A DNA stretch of 64,000 bases from an uncultured Oscillospiraceae bacterium. Lineage in GTDB: Bacteria; Bacillota; Clostridia; Oscillospirales; Oscillospiraceae. The notes under the pieces are model-generated. The model ran no database searches, had not been told where the DNA came from, and saw only the letters and a program-made list of their open reading frames with translations. The DNA lies in contig CANPYX010000004.1 in assembly GCA_947588955.1 (NCBI GenBank), forward strand, positions 6,421 to 70,420. The letters are read 5' to 3'. Numbering within the stretch: the first letter of the stretch is position 1; each line of letters starts with the position of its first letter. The translations under genes were made by a program, and so were the position numbers. This document shows, in pieces, positions 1 to 8,283 of this stretch.

Positions 1-180
1 ACAGAGAGCAGACCGTTTGTTGAGAGAGTGGAAAACGGAGACCTTATCGCAAAAACAAGGGTTTTCAGGGAAAACTCAATGCCGAGGATATACGAGCTGA
101 TCAGACGTTACGGCAGGGGACGGGAAGTCTGGGTTTTCCATTCGCGCAGAGAGGCAGACGAATTTTTGGAGACTCTCTGA
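1..180 (+). CDS. hypothetical protein, 3' end only
   Basis: Frame 1 is open from base 1 to TGA at 178-180. No family recognised. Confidence 0.3.
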   Translation, partial: TESRPFVERVENGDLIAKTRVFRENSMPRIYELIRRYGRGREVWVFHSRREADEFLETL

Positions 181-215
181 CGAGTTCATTATACCCCAAG
201 GAGGGGAATGACACC

Positions 216-668
216 ATGGACAGAAAAGCGGGAAATGCCATTCAAAGGGCGCGGATCGGTAGCGGTTTGACGCAGGAAGCACTGGCGGAGCGGACGGGGT
301 ACTCTCCCGACTCGGTGAGGGCATGGGAGAGCGGGGCAAGGACGTGCCCTCTGGACGCGCTGGACATGCTCAGCACCGCGCTGTCGGCGCCGTGGCTCAC
401 AGGGGTGTACCTGCGGGAGCACTCCTCGGCGCTGGATGAGCTCATTCCGGACATCAGGATAGGCCGGCCGCTGTCTGAGGCCGCGGCGGAGTACATATCG
501 CGGGTGCTGGATCTGGTCGACGGCAGATTTGACCGGAAGCTCCTGCGGCTTGTCGCCGACGGCAAGATAGACGGTAAGGAGTCGGAGATCTTTGAGGAGA
601 TCCTGGACATGGGGTCGAAGACAATCAAGGCTTATTTTGAGATGCGGTTCGCCGCGAGAAAGGAGTAG
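216..668 (+). CDS. XRE-family helix-turn-helix transcriptional regulator
   Basis: N-terminal HTH_3-like segment IQRARIGSGLTQEALAERTGYSPDSVRAWESG. AAGGAGGGG lies upstream of the ATG. Confidence 0.8.
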   Translation: MDRKAGNAIQRARIGSGLTQEALAERTGYSPDSVRAWESGARTCPLDALDMLSTALSAPWLTGVYLREHSSALDELIPDIRIGRPLSEAAAEYISRVLDLVDGRFDRKLLRLVADGKIDGKESEIFEEILDMGSKTIKAYFEMRFAARKE

Positions 669-671
669 ACA

Positions 672-887
672 ATGGAAAAGCCCGATTATTACGCGCATTT
701 ACAGCTGCTCTATGACCACTTCGGTCGAGAGACTGTATTTGTGCCTCTGAATCAGGCGGCGAAATTCCTGCACAAGGACCCGCGGACCTTAGAGGCGGAT
801 CAGACCTTCCCCATCAAGAAAATGGGACGCCGCGCAACCCTCAAAAACGTGTCGCTGATTTCGCTGGCACGATGGATGAGCGCGTGA
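672..887 (+). CDS. small putative DNA-binding protein (Xis/AlpA-like HTH, weak)
   Basis: ATG 3 nt after the upstream stop. Segment VPLNQAAKFLHKDPRTL resembles excisionase-type HTH. Confidence 0.45.
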   Translation: MEKPDYYAHLQLLYDHFGRETVFVPLNQAAKFLHKDPRTLEADQTFPIKKMGRRATLKNVSLISLARWMSA

Positions 888-992
888 GGGGCGCGTGGTA
901 TAGCTCATGAGGACAGAAAAAGCCCCCTGCCGGCGGGGTACGCCGACAAGGGGCGCGTGGTATAAACCACGAGGACAGGTGTATTATACCAC
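888..992. promoter_or_regulatory. operator-like repeats: two 29-bp direct repeats plus an inverted GTGGTATA half-site
   Basis: GGGGCGCGTGGTATAGCTCATGAGGACAG at 888-916 and GGGGCGCGTGGTATAAACCACGAGGACAG at 950-978 (25/29 identical). TATACCAC in inverted orientation at 979-992. Lies just upstream of an RHH gene. Confidence 0.5.
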
Positions 993-1022
993 GGCGGATC
1001 TGATTTTGCAAGGGGGGAAACT

Positions 1023-1211
1023 GTGAAAAATTCAAATGACAAAGTACAGACCGGTCTCCGCATTCCTGTGGAAAGATACGAGGAGCTCCTCGCCCTTGCG
1101 GACACAGTGGGGGTATCGATCAACTCCCTTATGCTGATGTTGATAGACCTGGGGCTCAGTGCCAGGAACAATGCTGCGCTTATTCCTCCGGAACGGAAAT
1201 CGGGCCGTTGA
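1023..1211 (+). CDS. ribbon-helix-helix (CopG/Arc-like) protein
   Basis: KVQTGLRIPVERYEELLALADTVGVSINSLMLMLI fits an RHH beta-alpha-alpha pattern. GTG start. Confidence 0.55.
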   Translation: MKNSNDKVQTGLRIPVERYEELLALADTVGVSINSLMLMLIDLGLSARNNAALIPPERKSGR

Positions 1212-1362
1212 CCGCCTCGTACTCCTGAATATATTTCTGCAAAGCGTACTCGACAAGATTGTTCAGAGACCGATGCTCCTGATTTGCCAGGACGCGTGAC
1301 TTCTCGTAGGTCATTTCGTCGAGACGAAGACCGGTTTGAATTTTACTCGTTGCCATATGCAA
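1180..1362 (-). CDS. ribbon-helix-helix (CopG/Arc-like) protein
   Basis: SKIQTGLRLDEMTYEKSRVLANQEHRSLNNLVEYAL. Shares the QTGLR motif with 1023..1211. AAGGAG RBS. Its 3' end overlaps the convergent RHH gene by 32 nt. Confidence 0.6.
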   Translation of the reverse strand: MHMATSKIQTGLRLDEMTYEKSRVLANQEHRSLNNLVEYALQKYIQEYEAVNGPISVPEE

Positions 1363-1370
1363 TCACTCCT

Positions 1371-1433
1371 TTAGCATTATGTTAGCATTTTTTCTATTGA
1401 CTTTCTACAAACATAGTGCTAACATGGTGCTAA
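1371..1433. promoter_or_regulatory. divergent control region: TTAGCA x2 / TGCTAA x2 operator-like hexamers overlapping a TTGACT-17-TAACAT promoter
   Basis: TTAGCA at 1371 and 1382; TGCTAA at 1418 and 1428. -35 TTGACT at 1397-1402, 17-nt spacer, -10 TAACAT at 1420-1425, facing the + strand gene at 1443. Confidence 0.45.
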
Positions 1434-1442
1434 CAGCAAAAA

Positions 1443-1706
1443 ATGAAAGAGGAGATTGCAATTATGGACAAATCGAATCTCATTGACGTGGCGGAGCTTA
1501 TTCAGGGCGAGATCAGCGACGTGCTTCTTGCCGGGGTGATGGTGGGCGACTGCCTGGAGGACGAGCTGCGCTTTGGGCGAACGGAGTACAGGGATTACAC
1601 GAGGTACGCTCTGGCGGGGCTGCGCGTCCTTCACAACGAGCTTGAGCGTATCCACGGGGAGCTCACGGCGGGGATCGACGCCGAATTTGAAAAACGAAAG
1701 GGGTAA
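1443..1706 (+). CDS. hypothetical phage protein
   Basis: ORF with GAAAGAGGAG near the start. Acidic and helical. No family recognised. Confidence 0.5.
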   Translation: MKEEIAIMDKSNLIDVAELIQGEISDVLLAGVMVGDCLEDELRFGRTEYRDYTRYALAGLRVLHNELERIHGELTAGIDAEFEKRKG

Positions 1707-1710
1707 AGCC

Positions 1711-2064
1711 ATGAGGACAGTGATAAACGTTCAATTTGGGCTTGCGCGAAAGGTCGGCCTTGACGCAGCTGTTTTCACAACTTTCATCAAGGAAACAGCG
1801 GAAGAACGGCTACGGGTTAAAAAGCGGGCTTCTCCAGGGGCAGCCGTGGAGGTCGTGGTCGTGAGCGGAATGGTTTACATTCCGTTCACTGCCGAAGACC
1901 TTTCAAAGGAACTGCCATTTTGGACAAAAAAACAGATTCGCAGAGTAGTGCAGGAGGCGCTGAACGCCAATCTGATCAAAACTGATAATTTTAACATTGA
2001 CCCGAGAAATCGCCGTTTGTGGTATGCCGTGGTCCCGGACGTACTTGGGGATGGAGAGTGCTGA
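1711..2064 (+). CDS. hypothetical phage protein (possible winged-helix)
   Basis: Internal ATG at 1711, 5 nt after the upstream stop. The 5' extension in the ORF track overlaps the previous gene. Confidence 0.5.
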   Translation: MRTVINVQFGLARKVGLDAAVFTTFIKETAEERLRVKKRASPGAAVEVVVVSGMVYIPFTAEDLSKELPFWTKKQIRRVVQEALNANLIKTDNFNIDPRNRRLWYAVVPDVLGDGEC

Positions 2065-2065
2065 C

Positions 2066-2908
2066 ATGGAATATAGGGGTTCATTCTTCGCGTCTACTCC
2101 TGCTACCGTTCGTCATGATAAAACTCTTCCGGGGGATGCCAAGCAGCTTTATACGGAAATTTCATCGCTTTGGAATGCGGAAGGGTATTGCTGGGCTACA
2201 AATTCATATTTTGCCGAGATTTTTGGAGTTTCAGAGCGGACAATAAGCCGATGGGTAGCGGCTCTTGAAAAAAGGGGGTATATCCGAACTGAGCAAGCCC
2301 CTTCCGGACGTGGCTCAGAGCGGCGCATCTTTATAGGCGTCTTATTCCCTGAATCTGAAGAGGTAGACAAAAATGTCGAGGTCGACAAAAGTGGCGAGGA
2401 GGAGGTAGACAAAAATGTCTATCTCCCGAAAGGTAATATATTAAATCTTAATAATAATAAACAAGAAATAGAAGAAAAAGAAATAAAAAAGAAAAAGAAA
2501 ACCGCGCCGAAGGAGCTGGACGAGGAAACCAAGGAGCTGCTCCGCGGGTATGTGGGCGACGACGGGGAGCTTCGGTTAAAGCTGGCGGACATGATAATTG
2601 CCCGCAATGAACGCGGCGCCGTCAACTCCCACAGGGCTGTCAAGGCACTGCTCAACCTGTTGGACAAGTATTCCGAGGGCAACAGGGCCCTCAAGCTGGA
2701 GCTGCTGGAAAGGGCAATCGCCAGCGGGTGGCAGACGGTATATCCCCTGAAACCGTGGGAGGCAGCGGCGATCCTGTCGGACATTGAAACCACGCCCGCA
2801 GGGTCAGGCCGATTCCAATCCGCGCAGGACAGCGGGGAGAGGATAATCCGGCCGGAGGATTCGCCGTGGTACCGGTACAAGAAGGAGCAGGAAAATGGCA
2901 AAGTCTGA
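2066..2908 (+). CDS. replication organizer-like protein with N-terminal HTH (DnaD/phage replisome organizer-like)
   Basis: NSYFAEIFGVSERTISRWVAALEKRGYI HTH. Sits directly upstream of a DnaB helicase. Contains iterons and an AT-rich tract. Confidence 0.6.
   Translation: MEYRGSFFASTPATVRHDKTLPGDAKQLYTEISSLWNAEGYCWATNSYFAEIFGVSERTISRWVAALEKRGYIRTEQAPSGRGSERRIFIGVLFPESEEVDKNVEVDKSGEEEVDKNVYLPKGNILNLNNNKQEIEEKEIKKKKKTAPKELDEETKELLRGYVGDDGELRLKLADMIIARNERGAVNSHRAVKALLNLLDKYSEGNRALKLELLERAIASGWQTVYPLKPWEAAAILSDIETTPAGSGRFQSAQDSGERIIRPEDSPWYRYKKEQENGKV
2360..2501. other. putative phage origin: three 18-bp iterons plus a ~70-bp AT-rich tract inside the organizer gene
   Basis: GAGGTAGACAAAAATGTC at 2360 and 2402, with degenerate GAGGTCGACAAAAGTGGC at 2378. 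A strongly AT-rich run at 2431-2501 in an otherwise GC-rich genome. Confidence 0.5.
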
Positions 2909-4277
2909 ATTCGGCGCGTCGGACATAGAGGCGGGGATCCTGGGCGGGATCCTGGTGTGGCCGGAGCACGCGGGCGAGGCGGTGTCGATGCTGAGCCCCG
3001 AGGATTTCGGCGACAGCGTCCACAGGCAGATATACGGCGTTATACTCTCCATGTACCTCAGCGATGAGCCCATAAACACCGTGACGGTCATGGAAAAGCT
3101 GGGACCTAAGGACCGGTGGGAGGACCGCCTGTTCGCCATCGTGGACAAGGGCAACGCCCAGGTAGGATATTACTGCCGGCTCATTTTGGAGCGGAACAAG
3201 CTGACGAAGGTTCAAACCCTGGCGCTTCACATCGCCCAGGCCGCCACGCTGGAGGAGGCGCAGCCGCTCATCAGCGAGCTCATCGGCATTGAGTGCAGCG
3301 TGCGGGGCTCCGAGCCCTCCACACTGCTGGAGCTGGTGCATGAGTACGTGGAGGACCGGCAAAAGGGCGTTCCACCGCCGGAATATCTGGATCTGGGCAT
3401 GGAGTTTTTGAACAAGACGCTGATGGTGGAGAGCGGAGACATGGTCCTCATCGGCGCGCAGCCCTCGGTGGGCAAGACGGCGCTGGCGCTTCGGCTGGCT
3501 ATGAAGGTCTCGGAGACGAAGCGCGTGGGCTTTTTCAGCCTGGAGACCGGGAAGAAAAAGCTCACCCACCGGTCGATATCCACTTACACCGGCGTCTCCC
3601 TTAAGGACATCAAACTGTGCAGGACGAGCGATTCGGACCTGTCGAAGATCGTCGGCATGGGCATGGAGCTGGGCAATTTGGAGAGGAAGGGATCCCTGTC
3701 CATCCACCGTATGCGCGGCGCCACAGTCAAGGACATCCAGGCGCTTACGCTGAGGTACCGGTACGAGGTCATTTTCGTGGACTACATACAGCTGATACGC
3801 TCCTACGGTCGGAGCCGGTACGAGGAGGTCACCAACATCTCCATGGATCTCCGAAACATCTCACCCAACGAGGGGCACGGAGTTACCATTTTCGCGTTGG
3901 CTCAGACGCACCGCTCCGAGAAGCTGAGCGGGAAGCCCATTCCTCCGGACCTGGACTCACTGAAGGAGAGCGGACAGCTGGAGGCGGACGCCGACGTGGT
4001 CATGCTCCTTTACCGGGCAAACGAGTCGGACAAATACTCGCCCAGGGTGTTGAAGGTCGCCAAGAACAAGGAGGGCGAGCTGGGGGAGTGTATGCTGGAC
4101 TTCGACGGCGCCTGCCAGAGGTTCACGGAGATGTCGCCGCAGCGCGTGGCGGCATGGAGGGAGATCAACGCCAAGTATGAGGCGAAAAAGAGAGCCGAGA
4201 AGAAGGCGGCAAAGGCCGGCGGCGACCAGATGGGAATGGTCGAGATAGTCGAGCCGGATCCCGATTTGCCGTTTTAA
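2895..4277 (+). CDS. dnaB: replicative DNA helicase (DnaB family)
   Basis: DnaB N-domain-like start (ILGGILVWPEHAGEAV). Walker A GAQPSVGKTALAL. RecA-like C-domain. Confidence 0.9.
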   Translation: MAKSEFGASDIEAGILGGILVWPEHAGEAVSMLSPEDFGDSVHRQIYGVILSMYLSDEPINTVTVMEKLGPKDRWEDRLFAIVDKGNAQVGYYCRLILERNKLTKVQTLALHIAQAATLEEAQPLISELIGIECSVRGSEPSTLLELVHEYVEDRQKGVPPPEYLDLGMEFLNKTLMVESGDMVLIGAQPSVGKTALALRLAMKVSETKRVGFFSLETGKKKLTHRSISTYTGVSLKDIKLCRTSDSDLSKIVGMGMELGNLERKGSLSIHRMRGATVKDIQALTLRYRYEVIFVDYIQLIRSYGRSRYEEVTNISMDLRNISPNEGHGVTIFALAQTHRSEKLSGKPIPPDLDSLKESGQLEADADVVMLLYRANESDKYSPRVLKVAKNKEGELGECMLDFDGACQRFTEMSPQRVAAWREINAKYEAKKRAEKKAAKAGGDQMGMVEIVEPDPDLPF

Positions 4278-4281
4278 GGAG

Positions 4282-4500
4282 GTGCCGGACATGCTGACAA
4301 AAACACGCTGTCTCGACCTTTTGCGGGGCGAGATACGCAGATATGAGGCGATGGCGCGGCTGGCGCCTACTGAGTGGCAGCGCAGCGACTACATCGAGCT
4401 CGCCCAGGCTCTCACCGAGGCCGCGGCAGCTCTGAGAGGAAGGAGGGGAAGCTTTTGGTCAAGGTTGGCGACAAGGTACGCTTTGTTCCGGGAGGACTGA
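4282..4500 (+). CDS. hypothetical phage protein
   Basis: ORF with GGAGG upstream. No family recognised. Confidence 0.4.
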   Translation: MPDMLTKTRCLDLLRGEIRRYEAMARLAPTEWQRSDYIELAQALTEAAAALRGRRGSFWSRLATRYALFRED

Positions 4501-4637
4501 CGGACAGCGGGCACGAGGTCAGCCGCCGGGCGGTGACCGGCACGGTGAGCTGGGTCAACGAGGCACACCGCACCTACGGCGTGGAAGCCGAGCTGGGCAG
4601 CCGCGGGTACAGATACCGCGAGACGTTCAAATTTTAA
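4455..4637 (+). CDS. hypothetical phage protein
   Basis: TTG at 4455 preceded by GGAAGGAGGGG. The longer track ORF from 4374 has an Arg/Gly-rich, noncoding-looking N-terminus. Confidence 0.35.
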   Translation: MVKVGDKVRFVPGGLTDSGHEVSRRAVTGTVSWVNEAHRTYGVEAELGSRGYRYRETFKF

Positions 4638-4656
4638 GACATCGAGGAGGTAAACC

Positions 4657-5433
4657 ATGAGGACAATAGCGATCATGAATCTCAAGGGCGGGGTGGCAAA
4701 GACTACCACCACGGTGAACGTGGCGGCGATCCTCGCCCGGGACCACAAAAAGCGGGTGCTGGTGGTGGACGCCGACAGCCAGTGCAACACGACGGAATTT
4801 TTCGGCGCGGACCCAGAGTGCGGAAACCTGGCGCGGGCGCTGAAAAGCTCCTGGGGCGGGGAGCTCTTCGCGGTACAGCAGATACAGCGGACGGACCGGG
4901 ACGGAGTGGACATCCTGCCGGGGAGCGAGGAGCTCATGGACCTGGGGCTTTCGGGTGTGGAGGACAAGGCGGTGGACGCGGAGATCCTGCGGAAGCTGGT
5001 GCGCGAGCTGGAGGTTGTGGACAGATACGACTTCTGCCTCGTCGACTGCCCGCCGGCGTTCAACGCCGCCAGCGCCGCGGCGCTGCTGGCGGCAGGGGAG
5101 GTGCTTATACCCATAAAGCTGGACGCCTTCTCCCTTCGCGGCATGACCAACCTCATGCGGCAGATATACAACATGCAGGAGATAAACCCCGCACTGGAGC
5201 TTTTGGGCTTTTTGCCCACCATGTGGTACCCGTGCCGCTATACGCACGACGCCGAAGAAACGCTCCGGGACGGCGGGTATACGGTGCTCCCTCACATCCG
5301 GCGGACGGACAAGGCGGACGCCATGACCTTTGACCAGCGGCCGCTGATAGAGACGAGCCCCCGCTGTGCCGCGGCGGTGGATTACCGCCGGCTTGTGCGG
5401 GAGCTTTTGAAGGGAGGCGGCGGGAATGGCTGA
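4657..5433 (+). CDS. parA: ParA/Soj-family partition ATPase
   Basis: Deviant Walker A MNLKGGVAKTTTT. ParA-like length and motifs. GAGGAGG RBS. Confidence 0.9.
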   Translation: MRTIAIMNLKGGVAKTTTTVNVAAILARDHKKRVLVVDADSQCNTTEFFGADPECGNLARALKSSWGGELFAVQQIQRTDRDGVDILPGSEELMDLGLSGVEDKAVDAEILRKLVRELEVVDRYDFCLVDCPPAFNAASAAALLAAGEVLIPIKLDAFSLRGMTNLMRQIYNMQEINPALELLGFLPTMWYPCRYTHDAEETLRDGGYTVLPHIRRTDKADAMTFDQRPLIETSPRCAAAVDYRRLVRELLKGGGGNG

Positions 5434-7069
5434 GACGAAGGGCTTTAATCTCGCCAAGGCGCTGGGCAGCGTGTCCAAATCGGACACCGAGCGGATCGAG
5501 CGCATAGACATCGACCGGCTGGGCGACGACCCGAAAAATTTCTACTCCCTCTCGGACCTGGACTCCCTCGCGGAGAACATCGAGCTGGTGGGGCTCCAGC
5601 AGCCGTTGCGGGTCCGCCCCGACAGGGAGGCGCACGGGTATTACATAATCGTCTCAGGTCACCGGTGCCGGGCGGCGATCCAAAAGCTTGTGGACGACGG
5701 CAGGGAGGACCTGCGGCAGATCCCCTGCATCGTGGAGCAGCCGGCAGAGTCCGAGGCTATGCAGGAGCTTCGGCTCATCTTCGCCAATTCCGGCACCCGT
5801 AAGCTCACGGACCCGGAGATCGCCGCCCAAGCGGACAGGGTGCAGGAGCTCCTATACAGGCTCAAGGAGGAGGGCTACGATTTCCCCGGACGTATGCGGG
5901 ACCATGTGGCGGAGGCGTGCCAGGTGAGCCGGTCGAAGCTTGCGCGGCTAAAAGTTATCGAAATGGGCCTGCGTGGAGAACTGCACCAGCGGTGGCAGGA
6001 GGGCAAAATCAATGAGTCTGCCGCGTATGCCTTGGCGAGGATGCCGGAGGATATTCAACACCGTATCCTCACCGCCTGCCGCGGCAAGGTCCCGGACGGC
6101 AACACGCTGGAGCGGGTGGTCAAAGCCTATGATGGCGGTATGCGGTGGGGGACCGATGGCGGGCTTACATGCCCTGACGGGAAAGCCTGCACTTACGCCA
6201 ACGGTTTCCTCCGGACTTTCATTGATTCCCCCTGGCGAGAGTGTGACGGGTCCCGGTGCTGTATCACCTGCCGCTATGGACCTCGCGGAGATTACAACTC
6301 CTGCGACCGGATGTGCTCAAAAGCAAAGGCTGTCCGAAAAGACATGATAAAAAAGGAAAGGTCCAAAGAGAAGCGCGCGCAGGAAAAACGGACAACCGCG
6401 GCGCAGCGGGGCACAGTCCCCAACGCCCGCAGGGTCCTGAGAGCCATAGACGCGGCGGGGCTCGCGGATGATGTACGGATACCGTGGGTGTATAGCAATC
6501 AGTTTCCGGTGTCGGTCATTCGCAAGTGGGCGGACGGCGACTTTTCCGAGGGCTGGTACGATCATTACATATCTCCTCTTCTCGGCGTGGAATCCCTTAG
6601 CCGTGCGCTTGATGCGGCAAAGCTCCTCAAGTGCTCCGCCGACTATCTGCTGGGGCTCACCGATGAGCTCCACCCGGTCGGCGCGCCGACGGGGTATGTC
6701 ACGGACCGGGACCCGGACGGACCGACTGAGGCGATGGTGCTGATGGATTTCCATCTCAACAGACCTTACCGCACCACGGCGGAGTGGGACGGGCAGGCGT
6801 GGCTGTCCGGCGGACAAGTCCTGCCAGACATGGTGCTTGGCTGGTACCCGATCCCAAAGACACCGGACATACCGGAGGAGCCGGAGGAAACGGACTCCGA
6901 TGTCCCTGAAGACATCAACGATTACGGCTTGTGCTCCACCGGATTTTCTCCCACCGGTGCGTGCGGCGCCGCGGCAGCCTGCGGCGAGATATATAACTGC
7001 TGCTCCCAATGTGATGCGGACTGCAATACCAGATGCGGGTGGATCCCCGAGGAGGAAAAACATGAGTAA
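5426..7069 (+). CDS. parB: ParB/Srx-domain protein with long Cys-rich C-terminal extension
   Basis: ParB N-domain motifs GLQQPLRVRP and IIVSGHRCRAA. Overlaps the parA stop. C-terminal half has an XRE-like ADYLLGLTDE segment and Cys clusters. Confidence 0.8.
   Translation: MAETKGFNLAKALGSVSKSDTERIERIDIDRLGDDPKNFYSLSDLDSLAENIELVGLQQPLRVRPDREAHGYYIIVSGHRCRAAIQKLVDDGREDLRQIPCIVEQPAESEAMQELRLIFANSGTRKLTDPEIAAQADRVQELLYRLKEEGYDFPGRMRDHVAEACQVSRSKLARLKVIEMGLRGELHQRWQEGKINESAAYALARMPEDIQHRILTACRGKVPDGNTLERVVKAYDGGMRWGTDGGLTCPDGKACTYANGFLRTFIDSPWRECDGSRCCITCRYGPRGDYNSCDRMCSKAKAVRKDMIKKERSKEKRAQEKRTTAAQRGTVPNARRVLRAIDAAGLADDVRIPWVYSNQFPVSVIRKWADGDFSEGWYDHYISPLLGVESLSRALDAAKLLKCSADYLLGLTDELHPVGAPTGYVTDRDPDGPTEAMVLMDFHLNRPYRTTAEWDGQAWLSGGQVLPDMVLGWYPIPKTPDIPEEPEETDSDVPEDINDYGLCSTGFSPTGACGAAAACGEIYNCCSQCDADCNTRCGWIPEEEKHE
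5471..5487. repeat. 17-bp palindrome family, degenerate copy GTGTCCAAATCGGACAC
   Basis: Read directly. Lies 45 nt into parB, in frame as VSKSDT. Confidence 0.85.
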
Positions 7070-7412
7070 TAGCATCCCTGAAAATGAGCGCGCATTTATG
7101 TCCGCGGAGCTCGGCAAGCTGCTGCGGGAACAGGAGACCACCGTCTCGGTGACCCTGCCCGGCGGCTCCCTTGAGCCGGTAATAAGGACGAATATGCTCG
7201 ACAGTGACATCCGGACGCTCCTTATGCCGGTCGTCATGTCCATTGGCTTAAAGACAGCGTTCGTCGATATGTTCCCGCTTTTAGCGCCCGAATCGATACA
7301 CGGAAGCATTGATGAATACACGGAGATCATCCGCCAGGATTTGCATAACGCAAGTGACAGGTATCTCGCCGAGGCGGGGAAGAAGGAGGCGGACGATGGA
7401 AAGACTGACTGA
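7062..7412 (+). CDS. hypothetical phage protein
   Basis: ATG at 7062 with GGAGGAAAAAC upstream; overlaps the parB stop. Confidence 0.45.
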   Translation: MSNSIPENERAFMSAELGKLLREQETTVSVTLPGGSLEPVIRTNMLDSDIRTLLMPVVMSIGLKTAFVDMFPLLAPESIHGSIDEYTEIIRQDLHNASDRYLAEAGKKEADDGKTD

Positions 7413-7608
7413 ACGGAGCTGGAGGGAGATGTCTCCGGATGAGTGCGGGGCGCGCCTTTGCAGGTGCCGGTCGGCGGACATCTGCGCCGGATGCCGTGTG
7501 CCCAGGCTGTACGCCAGGCTCGCGGTCTATGAGGACTCAGGTCTGGATCCCGACGCCCTGCGCGTCCTCAGTCCGGCGAAGGTGAAACGGAGGAGGGCTC
7601 GGAGATGA
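7396..7608 (+). CDS. hypothetical small Cys-containing phage protein
   Basis: ATG at 7396 after GAAGGAGG. CxCx5CxxC cluster. Confidence 0.4.
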   Translation: MERLTERSWREMSPDECGARLCRCRSADICAGCRVPRLYARLAVYEDSGLDPDALRVLSPAKVKRRRARR

Positions 7609-7862
7609 AGATCAAGATAACCGGCGGCAGAGCCGGCTGTTCAGCGCGCGGGAGTGCTGATTCGGATGAGCTTCTTTACGCGATTGAGCTTTTGGTCCGT
7701 GTCTTCGCCACGTCCGCCCGTCAGATAGGAGCACAGGAGGATGTTATCTTTGCCGCCTGTTGCTCCGCGGCTGCGAACGGATTTGCCGAAAACCCCACCG
7801 CAACCGGCTCGTTTGTGCTCACCGACCTGAGCAAGATGGGAGGGACAGGGAATGAAAAATGA
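7605..7862 (+). CDS. hypothetical phage protein
   Basis: ATGA overlap with the upstream gene. Confidence 0.4.
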   Translation: MKIKITGGRAGCSARGSADSDELLYAIELLVRVFATSARQIGAQEDVIFAACCSAAANGFAENPTATGSFVLTDLSKMGGTGNEK

Positions 7863-8283
7863 AGAGGCTTTGAGGGTCATCGAGACAAAGCTGGCGTGCT
7901 TGAGCCGGGACCTTGAGCTCTGCTCCCTGGACACCTGCAAAACCTGCGATTATTTCGTCGGCCGTGATCTCAAAGAGGCTCTCCAAGTGGCCGCGAAGGT
8001 TTTGCGGGAGGTTGTAGATGCGGAATTACCGGAAAAAGACAGCTTTGAGTATGTGAGGAATGTTCGGGTGAGTAAGCAGCTCGCATGGCACTTAAAGCCT
8101 TATCGGGGTTGCCCGCGGGGATCTATGGGTCCATCCGGCAGCACATCCGCCGTTGAGATTCTGCGCAACGCAAAGCAGTATGTTATTGCCGGACGTGACG
8201 ATAGGTTTGTCTGCATCCCTGAATGGGATTATGCGGCGTGCCTGAAGGCGCTGGAGAATGGGCAGGAGGCGGCGGAGAAATGA
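7852..8283 (+). CDS. hypothetical phage protein
   Basis: ORF overlapping its neighbours in operon fashion. Confidence 0.5.
   Translation: MKNEEALRVIETKLACLSRDLELCSLDTCKTCDYFVGRDLKEALQVAAKVLREVVDAELPEKDSFEYVRNVRVSKQLAWHLKPYRGCPRGSMGPSGSTSAVEILRNAKQYVIAGRDDRFVCIPEWDYAACLKALENGQEAAEK

Noticed and set aside
2691-3707. 338-aa - strand ORF antisense to dnaB. Similar long antisense ORFs occur at 4389..5222, 4627..5511, 6317..7330, 9951..10745, 10531..11484, 11671..12498, 13240..14145, 15784..16725, 17574..18608, 23325..24098, 24396..25067, 25725..26753, 30850..32109 and 32673..33434.
   Set aside because: Their composition is Arg/Pro/Gly/His-rich and they fully overlap well-supported + strand phage genes. 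They are typical shadow ORFs of GC-rich DNA.
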